A DNA stretch of 64,000 nucleotides from Octopus sinensis. Its lineage: Eukaryota. The notes beneath the pieces were generated by a model. The model saw only the letters and a list, made by a program, of their open reading frames with translations, was not told the DNA's origin and ran no database searches. The position numbers and the translations under genes are program-made. Numbering within the stretch: the stretch's first letter is position 1; every line of letters starts with the position of its first letter. The stretch lies in assembly GCF_006345805.1 (NCBI RefSeq), contig NC_042997.1:107632001-107696000 (forward strand), written 5' to 3'. Positions 24,096 through 37,269 of the stretch are shown one piece after another.

Positions 24096-25284
24096 CAAGT
24101 TGAGAGGAGCAAAAACTGAAGAAGTAGCAACACAGCTTTTGTTTTCTTTCACCCAACAACTAAAAGAATCTGATTTGTCAATGGAAACTGGCAGGTGGCT
24201 TTTCTTTTCTTTTTTGGTTTTTCCCCCTCTTCTGGATGTAAACTAGTTTTTAAACCCTGTTCAAGGTCAGAGGTTTATTATTAGTCAGTTGTTCATGCTT
24301 TCATTGTTTGTTTTACACTGACAGATTATAGATTAATATGTTATGAGTGAATGCAAGAGATTCTAGTTTAGAGGAAGCCAGCCACCCTACAAATACAACA
24401 TTAATAAACAATACACATCTCTGAATATTTCTTCAGAGGTGAAAATATTAATGTCTTCCATTGGCAGCAATATCTGAGAGATTTAGGAGAAAACACAGTG
24501 TTTGGGGGAAGTTAATTCCTTTGAAACTAAAGTTGAATGTCCAAGATGTAAACTTACCTTGAATCAACAACAGAATTATTTAGAATATTAATTATTTACT
24601 AACATTTCAGATTAGACTTTCAGGTGGAGTTAGTGAACAATCAACTTAATTGAGTCAAGTATATTACTGGTATGTTTTGTTAAATCTGAGTGAAAGTGGG
24701 AGACAAAATGAACTCCTGTTGAACCTGAACTCAAAAAGCAGAGATAAACGAATATTTAATATACCTTGCTAGCATTTCAAACAATTTTGTCTCACCTTGC
24801 ACCAAAACAAATATTTTTAAATAGTTTTATTTTATTTGTTTAAAAGAAAAAAAAAAAAACTGTCTCAAATTATTTTCAGCCACATTGCTAATTATTTTCA
24901 ATTAACAGTTTAAATTTTTGTTTTATTTTAGATTGAAGCTATGGATGATGCGTAAATACTATAATATCAAGTTCGAAATATTAAAGCTGGCTGCCTTCTT
25001 GACTCAAAATAAGAAGAGAAATAATGAGAATCACTTTGGAAGTAACTTTGGTCAATGACTGCTCCCTTTTTGTAACTCTGTCTTGTAGCCAGGCCTGCAT
25101 CACCAATCACTAACTACGACCCAGGCATAGATCAGTTATAGATCTATCAATAAATCACATAGAAACCACAAAAGACTTTGGACACATCCACCACCCTACA
25201 ACAATTGTACCACCACCCACATCGGTGGTTCTCTGTCTTAATATCTATATTTAGCACTTGTCCTAGCAGAATGGCATGAATGCT

Positions 25285-25288
25285 AATA

Positions 25289-25327
<39 letters not shown>

Positions 25328-25340
25328 GTGATGGTGATGA

Positions 25341-25374
<34 letters not shown>

Positions 25375-25390
25375 GATGATGATGATGATA

Positions 25391-25431
<41 letters not shown>

Positions 25432-25500
25432 AATAATAATAATAATAATAATGAAAATGATTAATAATAAAAACAACAACAATAATAATATAATATATAT
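25285..25500. repeat. (GAT)n/(TAA)n microsatellite
   Basis: Direct observation. Confidence 0.95.
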
Positions 25501-25649
25501 AGTCAGTATTCTAATATGGCCAATGTCAAGATTTATTTTTGAAATCAAGTGTCATATATTTTACTACCACACATACAGGTGTGTACACACACACACAACT
25601 TTTCACAAATAATATCACATAAAAAAAAACATACACCCCATCACTCCCA

Positions 25650-26830
25650 CATCCAGTACCACAAACATGAAAACAACAGAATTTGACTCCCTATTAGGGA
25701 CACAAGCTTACCTCAGTTGCCTCAGCTTGTACTCCCTTATCTCACTCTTAATGGCCACAAGGCTAGTTTCCTCTCCCACCCTAAATGCAGTTTAATTGAT
25801 CTCTCCAAAAGTCAATTGTGGAAAATTAGCAAATGTAGCCCTCAAATTCGGAATACTTCTAGAAGAATGGAACGACGGCTCTGCTGCCAGCAAATGGTCC
25901 CATGACATTGGAAACAGACCAATAGATTTACCCATTTCAACATAGTAGACTTTTAATCCTTATATCTAAACCTTCCCTTTGAAAGACCTTGACCTCTGGA
26001 GACAGTTCCACTTTGATTAGAGATTTTGACATGGATACAGAAGTGAATTACTTGGAAGTTTCTGTGGCTCCATGATGATCCTTAATGGGTCACAACATTT
26101 CTATGGGATTCTGTGGTGGAGCTGCAGAGGCAGGTGTCTCAGGGTTGTTTATCCTTGATCATTTTAGAATGTAAAACTCTTGCCATAGCTTAGGATTAGA
26201 CAGAGATGACAGCTTAGCAATCTCACATGATATTGCATCTCCACTCAATGGACAGACATAGAGACATTCTAATGAATATTTTTATAGAATTTGGTTTAAT
26301 TATAAACATCAGCTCTAACCTAATATGGACCAACTTCCTTGGCTTTTCAAGGAATGACAATGCAATGCAATGTGTGTGTGTGTGTGTGTGTAACCATCTT
26401 CCATAATCATAGAAGCTGGATGCTGGTATATGTAGAAGAGTCTCTGATTTATCCTTGGACATGGACATCTTTGATAGAGTTGTTCCTTGTTATAATAATA
26501 CTGAAGCTAGAAGTGGTTTTGGTGTGAAGCTGTTTCTAAATGAAACACCTACCTTCCTTCTCCAAACCAGATATGAACCAGAAAGAGAAAGGTAAGCTGG
26601 TTTAATCCATCACATAACTTGTATGTTACCATGGGTATAGTCAGGAATTGCCAAACATTAGTAAGACAGCATCTCTCATATACAAATACAATAAGTTTTT
26701 CAATAGTCACTATATTAAGGTTAGTTATCTTTGTCTGGTCAGCAACACTTCCCAGATTTTATGCTACAATCAAAACCATTCCCATTCAACTGCCAACTTG
26801 CAACTAGTAAAACCTTAAGATATAAATGTT
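25650..26830 (+). mobile_element. Penelope-like element RT/linker remnant
   Basis: Degenerate PLE motifs: LGLDRDDSLAI (consensus GLYRDDGLA), NIFIEFGLIINISSNLIWTNFL, and a linker KVSWFNPSHNLYV...YNKFFNSHYIKVSYLC. Confidence 0.65.
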
Positions 26831-26879
26831 TTTCAATAATATGGAACATTGTCAATAAAGCTGCACCTTATTTCAACAG

Positions 26880-27180
<301 letters not shown>

Positions 27181-27426
27181 GTGTGTTTATAGATATGTAT
27201 ATATAATTACATGTTATTATACATTAATTCTTTCAATATATAATTTAAATGATGCATTTATGAGAACCAAAGTAACTTGTTGCATTCCAGGTGACAATGT
27301 TTGACCAAATACACCCTGCTATCCTCCCTTCTGCCATACGAATAGATGTGTGTGTGTGTATGAATGAATTATTTAAAAGTTTGCACTATGATCGTTTTGA
27401 GCCCTGGTCATATATATATGTGTGTG

Positions 27427-27527
<101 letters not shown>

Positions 27528-27540
27528 TTTTTTATTTTTG

Positions 27541-27805
27541 GGAGCCGGGCGATGTGTCCAGATGGGCTGGACACGTCGCCCGGCTCACCGATAATTGGTG
27601 GACGCACGCAGTTGTTGAGTGGTACCTGCGTGAGCGGAAAAGACCACCCGGAAGACCTCCACGACGGTGGAGTGACGATTTCAAGAGGACGATTGGGATC
27701 ATGTGGATGAGAAAGGCGCGATCCAGAGAGGAGTGGACAGCGTGCTGTGACCAGCGGTGTCAAAGGGACGCCTGACGGACTGGTTGGTCAAAGTGATCAA
27801 AGTGA
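27541..27805 (+). mobile_element. Young RTE LINE 3' end (separate family)
   Basis: [41 protein letters not shown]...*. CpG-rich, with a (caaagtgat)2 tail. Confidence 0.85.
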
Positions 27806-28039
27806 TATATATATATATATATTTATATATATATTTATGTATGTATGTATATATAAGTGCAGGTGGCGTGGGGCAGGGGAGGGTAAGAAGTTTGCTTCCC
27901 AACCATATGACTTTGGGTTCAATCACATTTGTGCAGCAACCTTGACAAGCGTCTTCTACTCTAGACCTGGGTCATCTAAATCCTTTTAAGGGCATTTGAT
28001 GGATGGAAACTTGGTTCATCAGAAGATGATCTCCAGCAT

Positions 28040-28740
28040 GCACTGAATGGGTTTGCAGCTGAATGCTGCAAGGCAGGGATGAGAACTTGCATTGCTAAGA
28101 AACTCTTTCCTGTATGTTCTGAATGTCAGTAGAATATCACTGAGACAAGTGGAGAAGTTTAGGTATCTCGAGGACTGCATTCACAAGTGATGGGAGGAGA
28201 GAGGAAGCTGAACTGGATGCTAGGATTGTGGATGCTGGTACAGCATTCGATTTCAGCATCTGTTTCAGCATTCGATCCTCAGAAAAGGAAAGGTTGGTAA
28301 AAAGGCCAAACTTGTAATTGGTTTTGTGCCTTTCCTCACTTACAGTCATGAACATTGGGGAATGACTGAAAGAGTACAATCGCAAATACAAGCAGCTGAA
28401 ATGGGGTTCTTCTGAAGGGGGCATAGTTTGGAGATCAGGGAGTCTCTTCAGGTTGAGCTCCTACATCTTGGCATTGAGAGGTCACAGCTCTAGTACTATG
28501 GATATGTGATTCAAGTATTGCAGGAAAGAATTGCAAGAAGGATATTTCAAGCCAAGCCAACCAGCAAATTGAAAGTGAGGTGCTTGGATAACATCCATAG
28601 CCTCAGTTGGCCATGCTTGGGAATTCAGCTGGAAAATATAATGATGATTGCTTCTAACAGGACCCTGTAGAGGAAGAGGTGCCTGTGGACTCTATCCTAT
28701 GACCTTCCCAGGAATAATGGGCAAAGAAGATAGATGAGTG
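28040..28740 (+). mobile_element. Expander-like RTE fragment
   Basis: LRQVEKFRYL...LTYSHEHWGMTERVQSQIQAAEMGF. Confidence 0.7.
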
Positions 28741-28763
28741 GATGGAAACTAAAAGAAGCTCAT

Positions 28764-28807
<44 letters not shown>

Positions 28808-28824
28808 CGTGTGCATGTGTGTGT

Positions 28825-28869
<45 letters not shown>

Positions 28870-29615
28870 CGTGTGCATGTGTGTGTGCACGTGTGTGTGT
28901 GTGTGTGTGTGTGTTTGCTTACATTTACATGTGCCTTTGAAGGTGTGTAAAGTATAAGATCTTTTTTCTTAAAAGACAGGTAATGGTTAGTGATAGGAAG
29001 GACTTCAGGCTACAAAACATTGTCTCAATAATATATTTCTCTAACCCATACCAGCATGGAAAATGGAATGAAAACCTATTTCTAAAATATCTTCCCATTA
29101 TGTTTGCCGGTGTAAACGACTTATACAATCTCAGCATTTATCCCATGAGAATCCCTGACAATCTCATTGAGGCTCAGCTGCCAATAGTTTTGTTCTAATG
29201 TCTAATCTTTTTGGATCATATTGTTTTACAGTCATTGAACTGTGACTGTATTGGGGCACCCCTTCAAGGGTTTTCATCAATCATCTTCATTCAGTACTTC
29301 TCTAAATTTGATAGTTATTTTATTAATCTCTATTTGTCAAACTACTAAGTTATGGCGTATAAAGAACCCAACATGTGCAATGAATTTTGTATCATCTCAA
29401 CAGTAAGAAGAAACACCTGATCAAACAATGGAGGATTCATTAAACATTCATTGTTACTATTGAGGAGGGAACAAAATCCATTAAAACCATTATCTCATTC
29501 AGAAAGAAACACTGACTCTACATTTATCATGCATTGAGCACTTCCTTGAGTTATGATCTGCTCAATATCAGTTTAAGATTTATATACAGTATGTGTGTAT
29601 GTGTGTTTTGTGTAG

Positions 29616-29656
<41 letters not shown>

Positions 29657-30151
29657 AATAGATATCTATACAAATCAAATTTTTATATATAAAAGATGGA
29701 GGTGGAAATAGCACAGAAGTAAGTCTAAGACATTTCAATTTAAGAAGGAATTTAATAAAAGATTATATAAATAAAAATATTAATATTACCAGTTTTTATG
29801 TATTTCATCTTATCAAATATCAGTAAGAATTTTTTTATAACAATTTGAAAAATTTGAAGTAAAAACAGCCTATCTTCTGTCTGGTAGTCAAGAACATATA
29901 TATATAACGGGAAGCTTTATGAAAATAGACAAAAGACGAAGGCAGGTTTACGGAAATAAACAAAAGACGAAGGCAAAATGAATTTAATTCTTATTTTAAC
30001 CATTGAATTAAAGTGTAATGTTTGTATCTCCTGGTGCTTAAGTGACCATGAAATTGTTTGTGATTCTCATGTGATGTGTGCTGAAGTAGAACTGCCATTT
30101 TATGGCAGTGTAACATAGTCTTTGATTAGAAGAGATGGCAGGGTGTTAAAT

Positions 30152-30206
<55 letters not shown>

Positions 30207-31199
30207 ATGTATATATATATATATGTTGTTGTTGTTGATAAATGTTTATCATTGTTGTTAAGTGTGTCCTACAATGGTAACTGGTTTACTCCAACCCATC
30301 CAAAACTGTTTCTTGTTCTATGATTAAAAATCTGTCAAAAAATATGAAAGTAAAACCCTCAATTACGATGTTCCAAATATCATCTTAATCATGAAAATGT
30401 TAATTATTCTTCCAAATTCTTCGTTTAGTTTATAATAAAAACACATGGATATTGTTTGTGTTTCATTAGAGAAATTATTAAGTCTATGTAAATAATACAC
30501 AATAAATCTAGCGTTTGAAAATAGAAATATTTGTGGTATAAAAAAGTTATTTAATATTACAAAAAAAAAAAGCTGTACAGTACTGAAAAATTTTCTTCTG
30601 TGTAAAATGGTGTGATTACAAAAACATAAACCATAGAAAATACAATAAATATTGTCAGTCTGATAAAACATTTCCTATGTAAAATCCAGAAAATGTGTAA
30701 CTTTGTTGTCCTAATTTCAATAAATTATTTTCATGAAATATTTTGCAATCACTTTGTTTTGTTTGTTTTTGTAGTCCCCCCACCCCCCTGAAACACTTTG
30801 ATCCTTCTTCATTTTTGTATTTAGTTTGCAAGATTCTTGATGTCAATTCATGTGTTGAAACAAATCTTGGGAGGGTCATTATCTGTCTGTCTGTCTGTCT
30901 CTCTCTCTGTCTCTGTCTCTCTCTCTCTCTCTATCTATCTAGCTAGAACATATGAGAAAAGATTTGCTGTCAATAAGCACACGAAATATACACACCTATC
31001 ATCAGCTGACGAACGGATATCATTATGCTTTCCACTCTTGGGCAGAACTATTGTACCTGGCAGGGGTCAACAATGCTGAAAGCATAAACACTACTTAGAG
31101 ATTAATGAACCAAATGCAGGAGGGAAACATTTGCACAATACTTTTAAAGTACAGAACTTTGTCTATCAGTCTTTTGTGTCGAACCACTAAGTCACGGGG

Positions 31200-32945
31200 A
31201 TGCAAACAGACATAAAAACACGCACATAGATATACATACATACACACGTGATGATTGCTTCATCTTGACAGATGTTAGCCATCCCATCAACACAGCACAA
31301 TCCCTCAGTTGATGACTCTTAAGACCAGCTGCTGACTGACAGGGTTTAAAACACAAGTGACAGATACTATTCAAGTTTCTTTTACATCTCTGTCCTTTGG
31401 AATCTGATTCTGAAGGAATGCTTTTGTGAACTAGCATATGTCATTTATTGTCTTACAAGTTTTGTGACACAAGTTGTCAGAGGCGGTTGGTGTCCAAGAT
31501 CCTTACCTATCTGGGCATTTTGATTTCCATGTGACTTCATATGATTCACGTATCCTGCTTTCGACAACAGAACACAATCATGCATAATACATATCCAAAG
31601 TTCACTGTTGATTGCAGTTCCAAATTGTTCTTTTAAGCTCTGAGTTCTGAATCATCTTTTCCTCCCAGGCATTGCAACCAGTCCTAACAGCACCTCTCCA
31701 CTTGTTCTGATCTAGTGCATCATTTTCTCAATCACTTTTGTTCATATCTAGTTTCTTCAGGTTTTCCTTCACACAATCTTTATACCTTTTCCTCGGTTCA
31801 TGTTTTGGTCACTTACCAAAGTTGAGCTCACCATGAAAAAGACACTTTGGCAATCACTCATCTTTCATTCTAATAACATGTCCAGTCCACCTTATTTGAG
31901 CCCAGATAACATGGTGTTTAATTGAACTATGTGTCATGTGCAAAACTGCTGTATCTAGTATGAAACATTCCCACTTGACTCCCAAGATACATTTGAGGCA
32001 CTTTTAATGAAATCTCTCCAGCATTTTTCATACGATGCTTGTAAGTGGTCCACGTCTCACTCAAATAAAGAACTGCAGTCAATACACACGCTTTATAGAC
32101 ACTGACTTTTGTCTGCAGGGAAATACTTCTATCTGCCCAGACTCACTTTTCGAGCTTTTCATATGCAACACTTCCCTTTCCTATTCGATATCTCTGCATC
32201 AAGGCTACCATTCCTTGACAGTGTGTTTCCAAGGTAAACAAAGGTGTCAATGACTTCTAACCGAGTACCATTTGCAAAAATGTTTGGTTCAGAATATATT
32301 TGTCCTGGCGCAGAAGTAAACGTTACTTTGGTTTTCCCAAGACTAATTGTGAGTCTGAAATGTACACATGCAGTGGAAAATCTGTCCATTATACGTTGTA
32401 TATCCCCCTCTGCATATGCCATCAAATCAGCTTCATCAGCATAGAATAATTCTCTGACAATTGTTTCAAAAGTATTTGCTTTGCAGTTAAACCAGGTCAG
32501 ATTAAAAATGCGACCAGATGTCTGAAATCTGGTTTCAATTACCCTGTTGCAACCCTTGAAAGCATACTAAAACAATGCAGCAAAATAAACAGAGAAAAGC
32601 TAAGGGGTTGGAATATCTCCTTGTTTGACACCGTTGTCCATTCCTGAATAACTCACCATGAAAGACTACCTGAGCTTTTATGTTTTGCGTAGTTCCTTAA
32701 AGAACCTCACAAAACGTATTGGGCAACCAAGTTTACAGAAACCAATCCACAGCGCCTCCCTGTTTACTGTGTCAAATGCCTTAGTTAAATCTATGAAGAC
32801 CTGGTATTGTGGAATTTGTTCCTCTCAGAATTTCTCTTGAATCTGCCTTGCAAAAAATATTATGTCCATTGTTCCTCGCTCAGGTCTGAAACCAGACTGT
32901 TCTTCAGGAATCACATGCGGACACACATTCGCAACAAGATGATCT
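31200..32945 (-). mobile_element. BovB-like RTE LINE, 5'-truncated, degenerate
   Basis: PEEQSGFRPERGTMDIIF...FIDLTKAFDTVNREALW, a YADEA-type motif, and TISLGKTKV...LEVIDTFVYLG with no PHD insert. Confidence 0.85.
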
Positions 32946-33782
32946 AACAGTTACACTTGAGACTGTTTGATCTGGTTGCAAACAAAAATGTCTAAGCTAA
33001 GAGCTTTAGATTTTTTATAAAACAGCAAGCGAATGGGTACAACAACAAAGACAAAAAACAGAGAACTTTACACAATTACAAATACAAACAACAATAATAT
33101 AACAACAGGTGTCTTTCGACTGAGGACAAATCAAATTGAGCAGGTGTGTATAAAATGAAAGCCTTAAGGAAGGAACATAGGAGATGGACATAAGTGGTGT
33201 TGGTGGTTGGCAGTTAGGCCAAGAAAGAAAGATCATAGCTGGCCAGACACTAGTCACGTGGAAGGAAGGGAGAGGGGTAGGAGCAGCGGTGTTGAAGGAT
33301 TAGAGAAAAAATCAGAGACAAAGGAAAAGGTACAGGGGAGATAAATGAGGAGAAAAAGTAGGAGTTACAAAAAGAGAGGACCAAGAAATGTGAGAGAGGG
33401 GAAGAAAGTATGAGGGGGACTAAAAGACAGAGTAAAAGAATCCTGCAAAATTTAGATACATGCCTACTGTATAAGGTGAGCAAAAGTGTACGTGGGTTGC
33501 TATATATCTATATAAATATAAAAAATGGAACAAAAACGCAATATAGGACAATAAAACATCCAGACTGATAGACAATACAAGGTGGACAGGAAAAACAGGA
33601 GTTAGAAGGACAGGAAAAAAAAAGGACTGGTCATTTGTGCCTTTCTTTCGTCAGTCAAGTTACCAGATGTCTCTACAGTTTCGGGCAGTTACACTTGATA
33701 CTGTTCCATCTGGTTGCTCCCCACAAAAAGTTTAAGCTAAAAGCATTAGATTTTTTGTAAGAAAGCAAGCGAATGTGTACTA
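32946..33782 (-). mobile_element. Non-coding element with about 95-bp direct terminal repeats (possible non-autonomous PLE or TRIM-like element)
   Basis: 32948-33040 and 33686-33780 are imperfect direct repeats (cagttacacttga...gcaagcgaatg.gtac) around a purine-rich interior. Confidence 0.4.
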
Positions 33783-34929
33783 TATATATATATATCAATC
33801 ATTTTTGTACCAGGTCGAGTCAATATATATATATATATATATACATATATAGGACAATAAGTTGTATGAAGTTCATGATATAAGTTGCCAAAAGTCCTTA
33901 ATGAAAATCCGAAAAGTTTTTTGACTTGACCTGGTATAAAGGTGATTGATATTGTTCAATGAATTCAATTTCGACTTGCTTTTTAATATTTATATTTTTC
34001 TGACACTGCTCGATCGTTTTCAACCAAAAGATTCCTGTTATTTTGAAAAGTAATAATGTATTGTTTAATCAACTTCAAAGTTTTATTTGATAAGTTATTA
34101 AATCACTGCACCGTTTATAAACATATACCATCATATTGTTCAAACTACACACAACTGTCTGATGATCAATTACGTGAAACTCTGAGTAGCAGTTTGTGAA
34201 GTCTTTTCAGTTTCAATAAAACACACTGTGTGCATGACTCTGTGAGTGTGTGTGTGTGTGTGTGGATAGAGATATACAATTACATACACGTTTGCCTGCA
34301 TTTATAAATAGCTATGCTAGAAACACCAGCACTAACTGTGACTGCTCTCTCACCTATGTTCTGGGACAAATTATTCATAAACATTCATATATGAACCCTA
34401 TAACAGCAAATCACCATGCTATATAGACAAAAAAATCTTGATTAGTCATAAGAAAAACTTCAACCAACACAAAGTTTAACCTGGATGAGACATCTACCTT
34501 ATGAACCCCAGGAAATTTTACTGCCTGGACCCAACACCATCCTTTCCTCTCCATCCACATCCCACAAACCTATATTCTCCTCCTATCATTCTCCATTTCC
34601 ACTTCCTACACAATTACTTTTCCTGTATACCTATATGAAACCCTAGTTTTCCTTTATATAGCCCACCTACCAAAAGATGAAAAGCCTGCTTAAAGCCGGA
34701 AAGAGCAAAGTAAACTACAATCTGATGACAGTAAACCAAAACTTCGAAGTCACTTTCAACTGTTTCCTTGAAATAATTAATATGTACTCAACTAAAAAGT
34801 ATTGAGTGATCCTACAGCTTAATGTTAAATTGTTTTTATAACTTAACATTTAATAAAGTTTGCGTGTCTTTGTGAGTATGGACCTATATATAACTGTGTG
34901 TGTTTATACATATATAAAGGTTTGTATAT

Positions 34930-35790
34930 TGTCGTCAGCTCATCCCTCGACTCCAAGGATTGATTTCTCCTCCTAGACGAATGTTTGGACCATTAATGCT
35001 GGTGGCTAACAAAGTCAAATCCTGGCGTAAACCACACACGATTGCATTGACTACATGTGAACATCAGAGTCAGTTGTAGTCATTGCTATCTGGTCTTGAT
35101 AATGATAATGCAATTATTGTATACAGTGCTCAGGTGCACCACAACTTGTCAAAAGTGCATATAAAGCATATGCAGTAATGCACAAATGTCTGGAAAGTGA
35201 AAAGTGTATGAGTCAGATACATGCTTGCGTGTGTATGGAGGGGAGAAAATCAGGTGTAGTGTAGTCTTCTGTTGCCGTTGTCTCTTCTCTTTTTTTTTAT
35301 ATATATTCCTTCTCTTTCAAACAGTATTACATTATTGTTTATTTTGTCGCTTGTCGGGACGGTTGGTTATGGTTGTCGTCTCAAAAGTCAGGAGATCGAA
35401 GCTGGTTTACTTTCAAAGTTAACTTTAGTTGATCTTTGAAGCATTGAAGAGGGACTCCTCTTCGTCTTTTCTCAGTTGCCAGTTCGCTGCAGAGGATTTG
35501 AAGCAGAAGCCATTCATCGTTCATCCAGGTGATGTGGCCGGCCCATCGAAGGCAATGTTTGATGGTTAGGGATTCGATGCTCTGGCTCTTCGCTTTTTCC
35601 ATCACAGAGTCAAACCATGTGATGTTCAAGAGAGAGTGAAGTTTCAGTTGATGAAAGTGTTTGAGTTTTTATGATGTCACGGCGAAACAAAGTCCAGGTT
35701 TCACAACCATATGAGAGTGTTGATATGGCAACAGCTTTGTAGATCACAATTTTTGTCTTTAAAGTTAGGTCAATGATTTCTGACTCTTCG
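34930..35790 (-). mobile_element. BovB-like RTE 3' fragment with a CR1-type 3' end inserted at about 35098-35390
   Basis: KIVIYKAVAISTLSYGCETWT and HCLRWAGHITWM...FKDQLK. The insert shares aatcaggtgtag and acagtgctcaggtgcac with the CR1 3' end at about 63560-63615. Confidence 0.7.
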
Positions 35791-35919
35791 TTTATGTATG
35801 TATGTATGTATGTATGTATGTATGTATGTATGTATGTATGTATGTATGTATGTATGTATGTATGCATGTATGTATGCATGCATGTATGTAAGTATATTGA
35901 TATGTATATGTGTATGTAT

Positions 35920-36115
35920 ATCATCATCATCATCATCATCGTTTAACGTCCGTTTTCCGCGCTAGCACGGGTTGGACGGTTCGACCGGGGTCTGGGGAGC
36001 CAGGGGCTGCCCCAGGCTCCAGTCTGGTCTGGCAGTGTTTCTACAGCTGGATGCCCTTCCTAATGCCAACCACTCCGTGAGTGTAGTGGGTGCTTTTTAC
36101 GTGCCACCTGCACAG
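35920..36115 (-). mobile_element. RTE (GAT)n-family 3' tail (young, CpG intact)
   Basis: catcatc-gtttaacgtccgttttccgcgctagcacgggttggacgg... Confidence 0.9.
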
Positions 36116-36546
36116 TATATGTATATATATATATAGAGGGAGAGGAGGAGAAAGAGAAAGACGTATATTAGCCTCTCTAACTATACATACACACAGAGGT
36201 TCTTTGAGGTGTGTATATCCTGTCTCTCTGTTTACTGCTTTACAAACCTAAGCTTTTATGAGCTGCTGGACAGCTATATTGCTATATAATGCGATACTTA
36301 CCAAACAAGTTCTGGCCAAATTCCTATGATGACATACCAACCTAATATTTCATGTCTTTATTGATTTCAGTTATTCTTATTTTCCAGTTATTTAAATCTG
36401 AATTCTGCTGTTTACATTTCAAAATATCTTCTCATTGATCTGGTCCTTACAGTATTGTGATGTGATATAAGGATTACTGAAAAAGTTGTGAGAATGAATA
36501 TTTTGGACAATGATTGATACTGTTTTTAGCTGTTCTTTCATGCATG

Positions 36547-36593
<47 letters not shown>

Positions 36594-36765
36594 TGTATGT
36601 ATATTTAAAAAATAGGATAAAATCTTAATAAGAAATTTTAATACGAAATTATCAAGTAGTTAGCATGAAAAACCTCATAAGAGAAAAAATTTGTAAATTT
36701 TTTCACTTCAAAATATTTATTTATATTATATAGAGGGCATTATTATACATAAATGCCCTCTATAT

Positions 36766-36801
<36 letters not shown>

Positions 36802-37214
36802 ATATATATATATTTGTTCTTTTCTCTCAGAACCTTACAGTAGTCCAGAACAACTGAATTTTAGTCAGTCAGTTTATGGGCTCCACTACCTCAAATGTTC
36901 TTAAAATTTAAATCCATATCTTTGTCTATATATCTACCTTCTCTATCATATTACCACTTGATATGAAAATTTTGTATTAATGGAAAACCTCTATAAATGG
37001 CTGATGAGTGCTCAGCATTTTAAAACTGTTGTAATACTTACAACATTTAATAAAATGATGTAGTGCGAAATGATCGTACAAAATTACCGGAGTTATTCTT
37101 GTTGCTTATTTTGATTATAATCACCCCATGGATTTATATGGATAACACCATACAGAATTCTGGTGCATCTAAATTAAGTACCATATTCATTTGAATCTAA
37201 ATTTTTGCTGAACC

Positions 37215-37249
<35 letters not shown>

Positions 37250-37269
37250 TGAGATAGTTATGGCCGGTT

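Noticed and set aside
23793-24159. Gly-, Pro- or His-rich ORFs
   Set aside because: A GGT/GGC low-complexity tract that is open in several frames on both strands, with no splice or homology support.
25147-25612. Poly-Asp, poly-Met and poly-Ile ORFs
   Set aside because: Translations of the (GAT)n microsatellite.
34370-34740. Possible Penelope 3' end with hammerhead
   Set aside because: Only vague similarity. No CTGANGA-stem-GAAA arrangement can be built.
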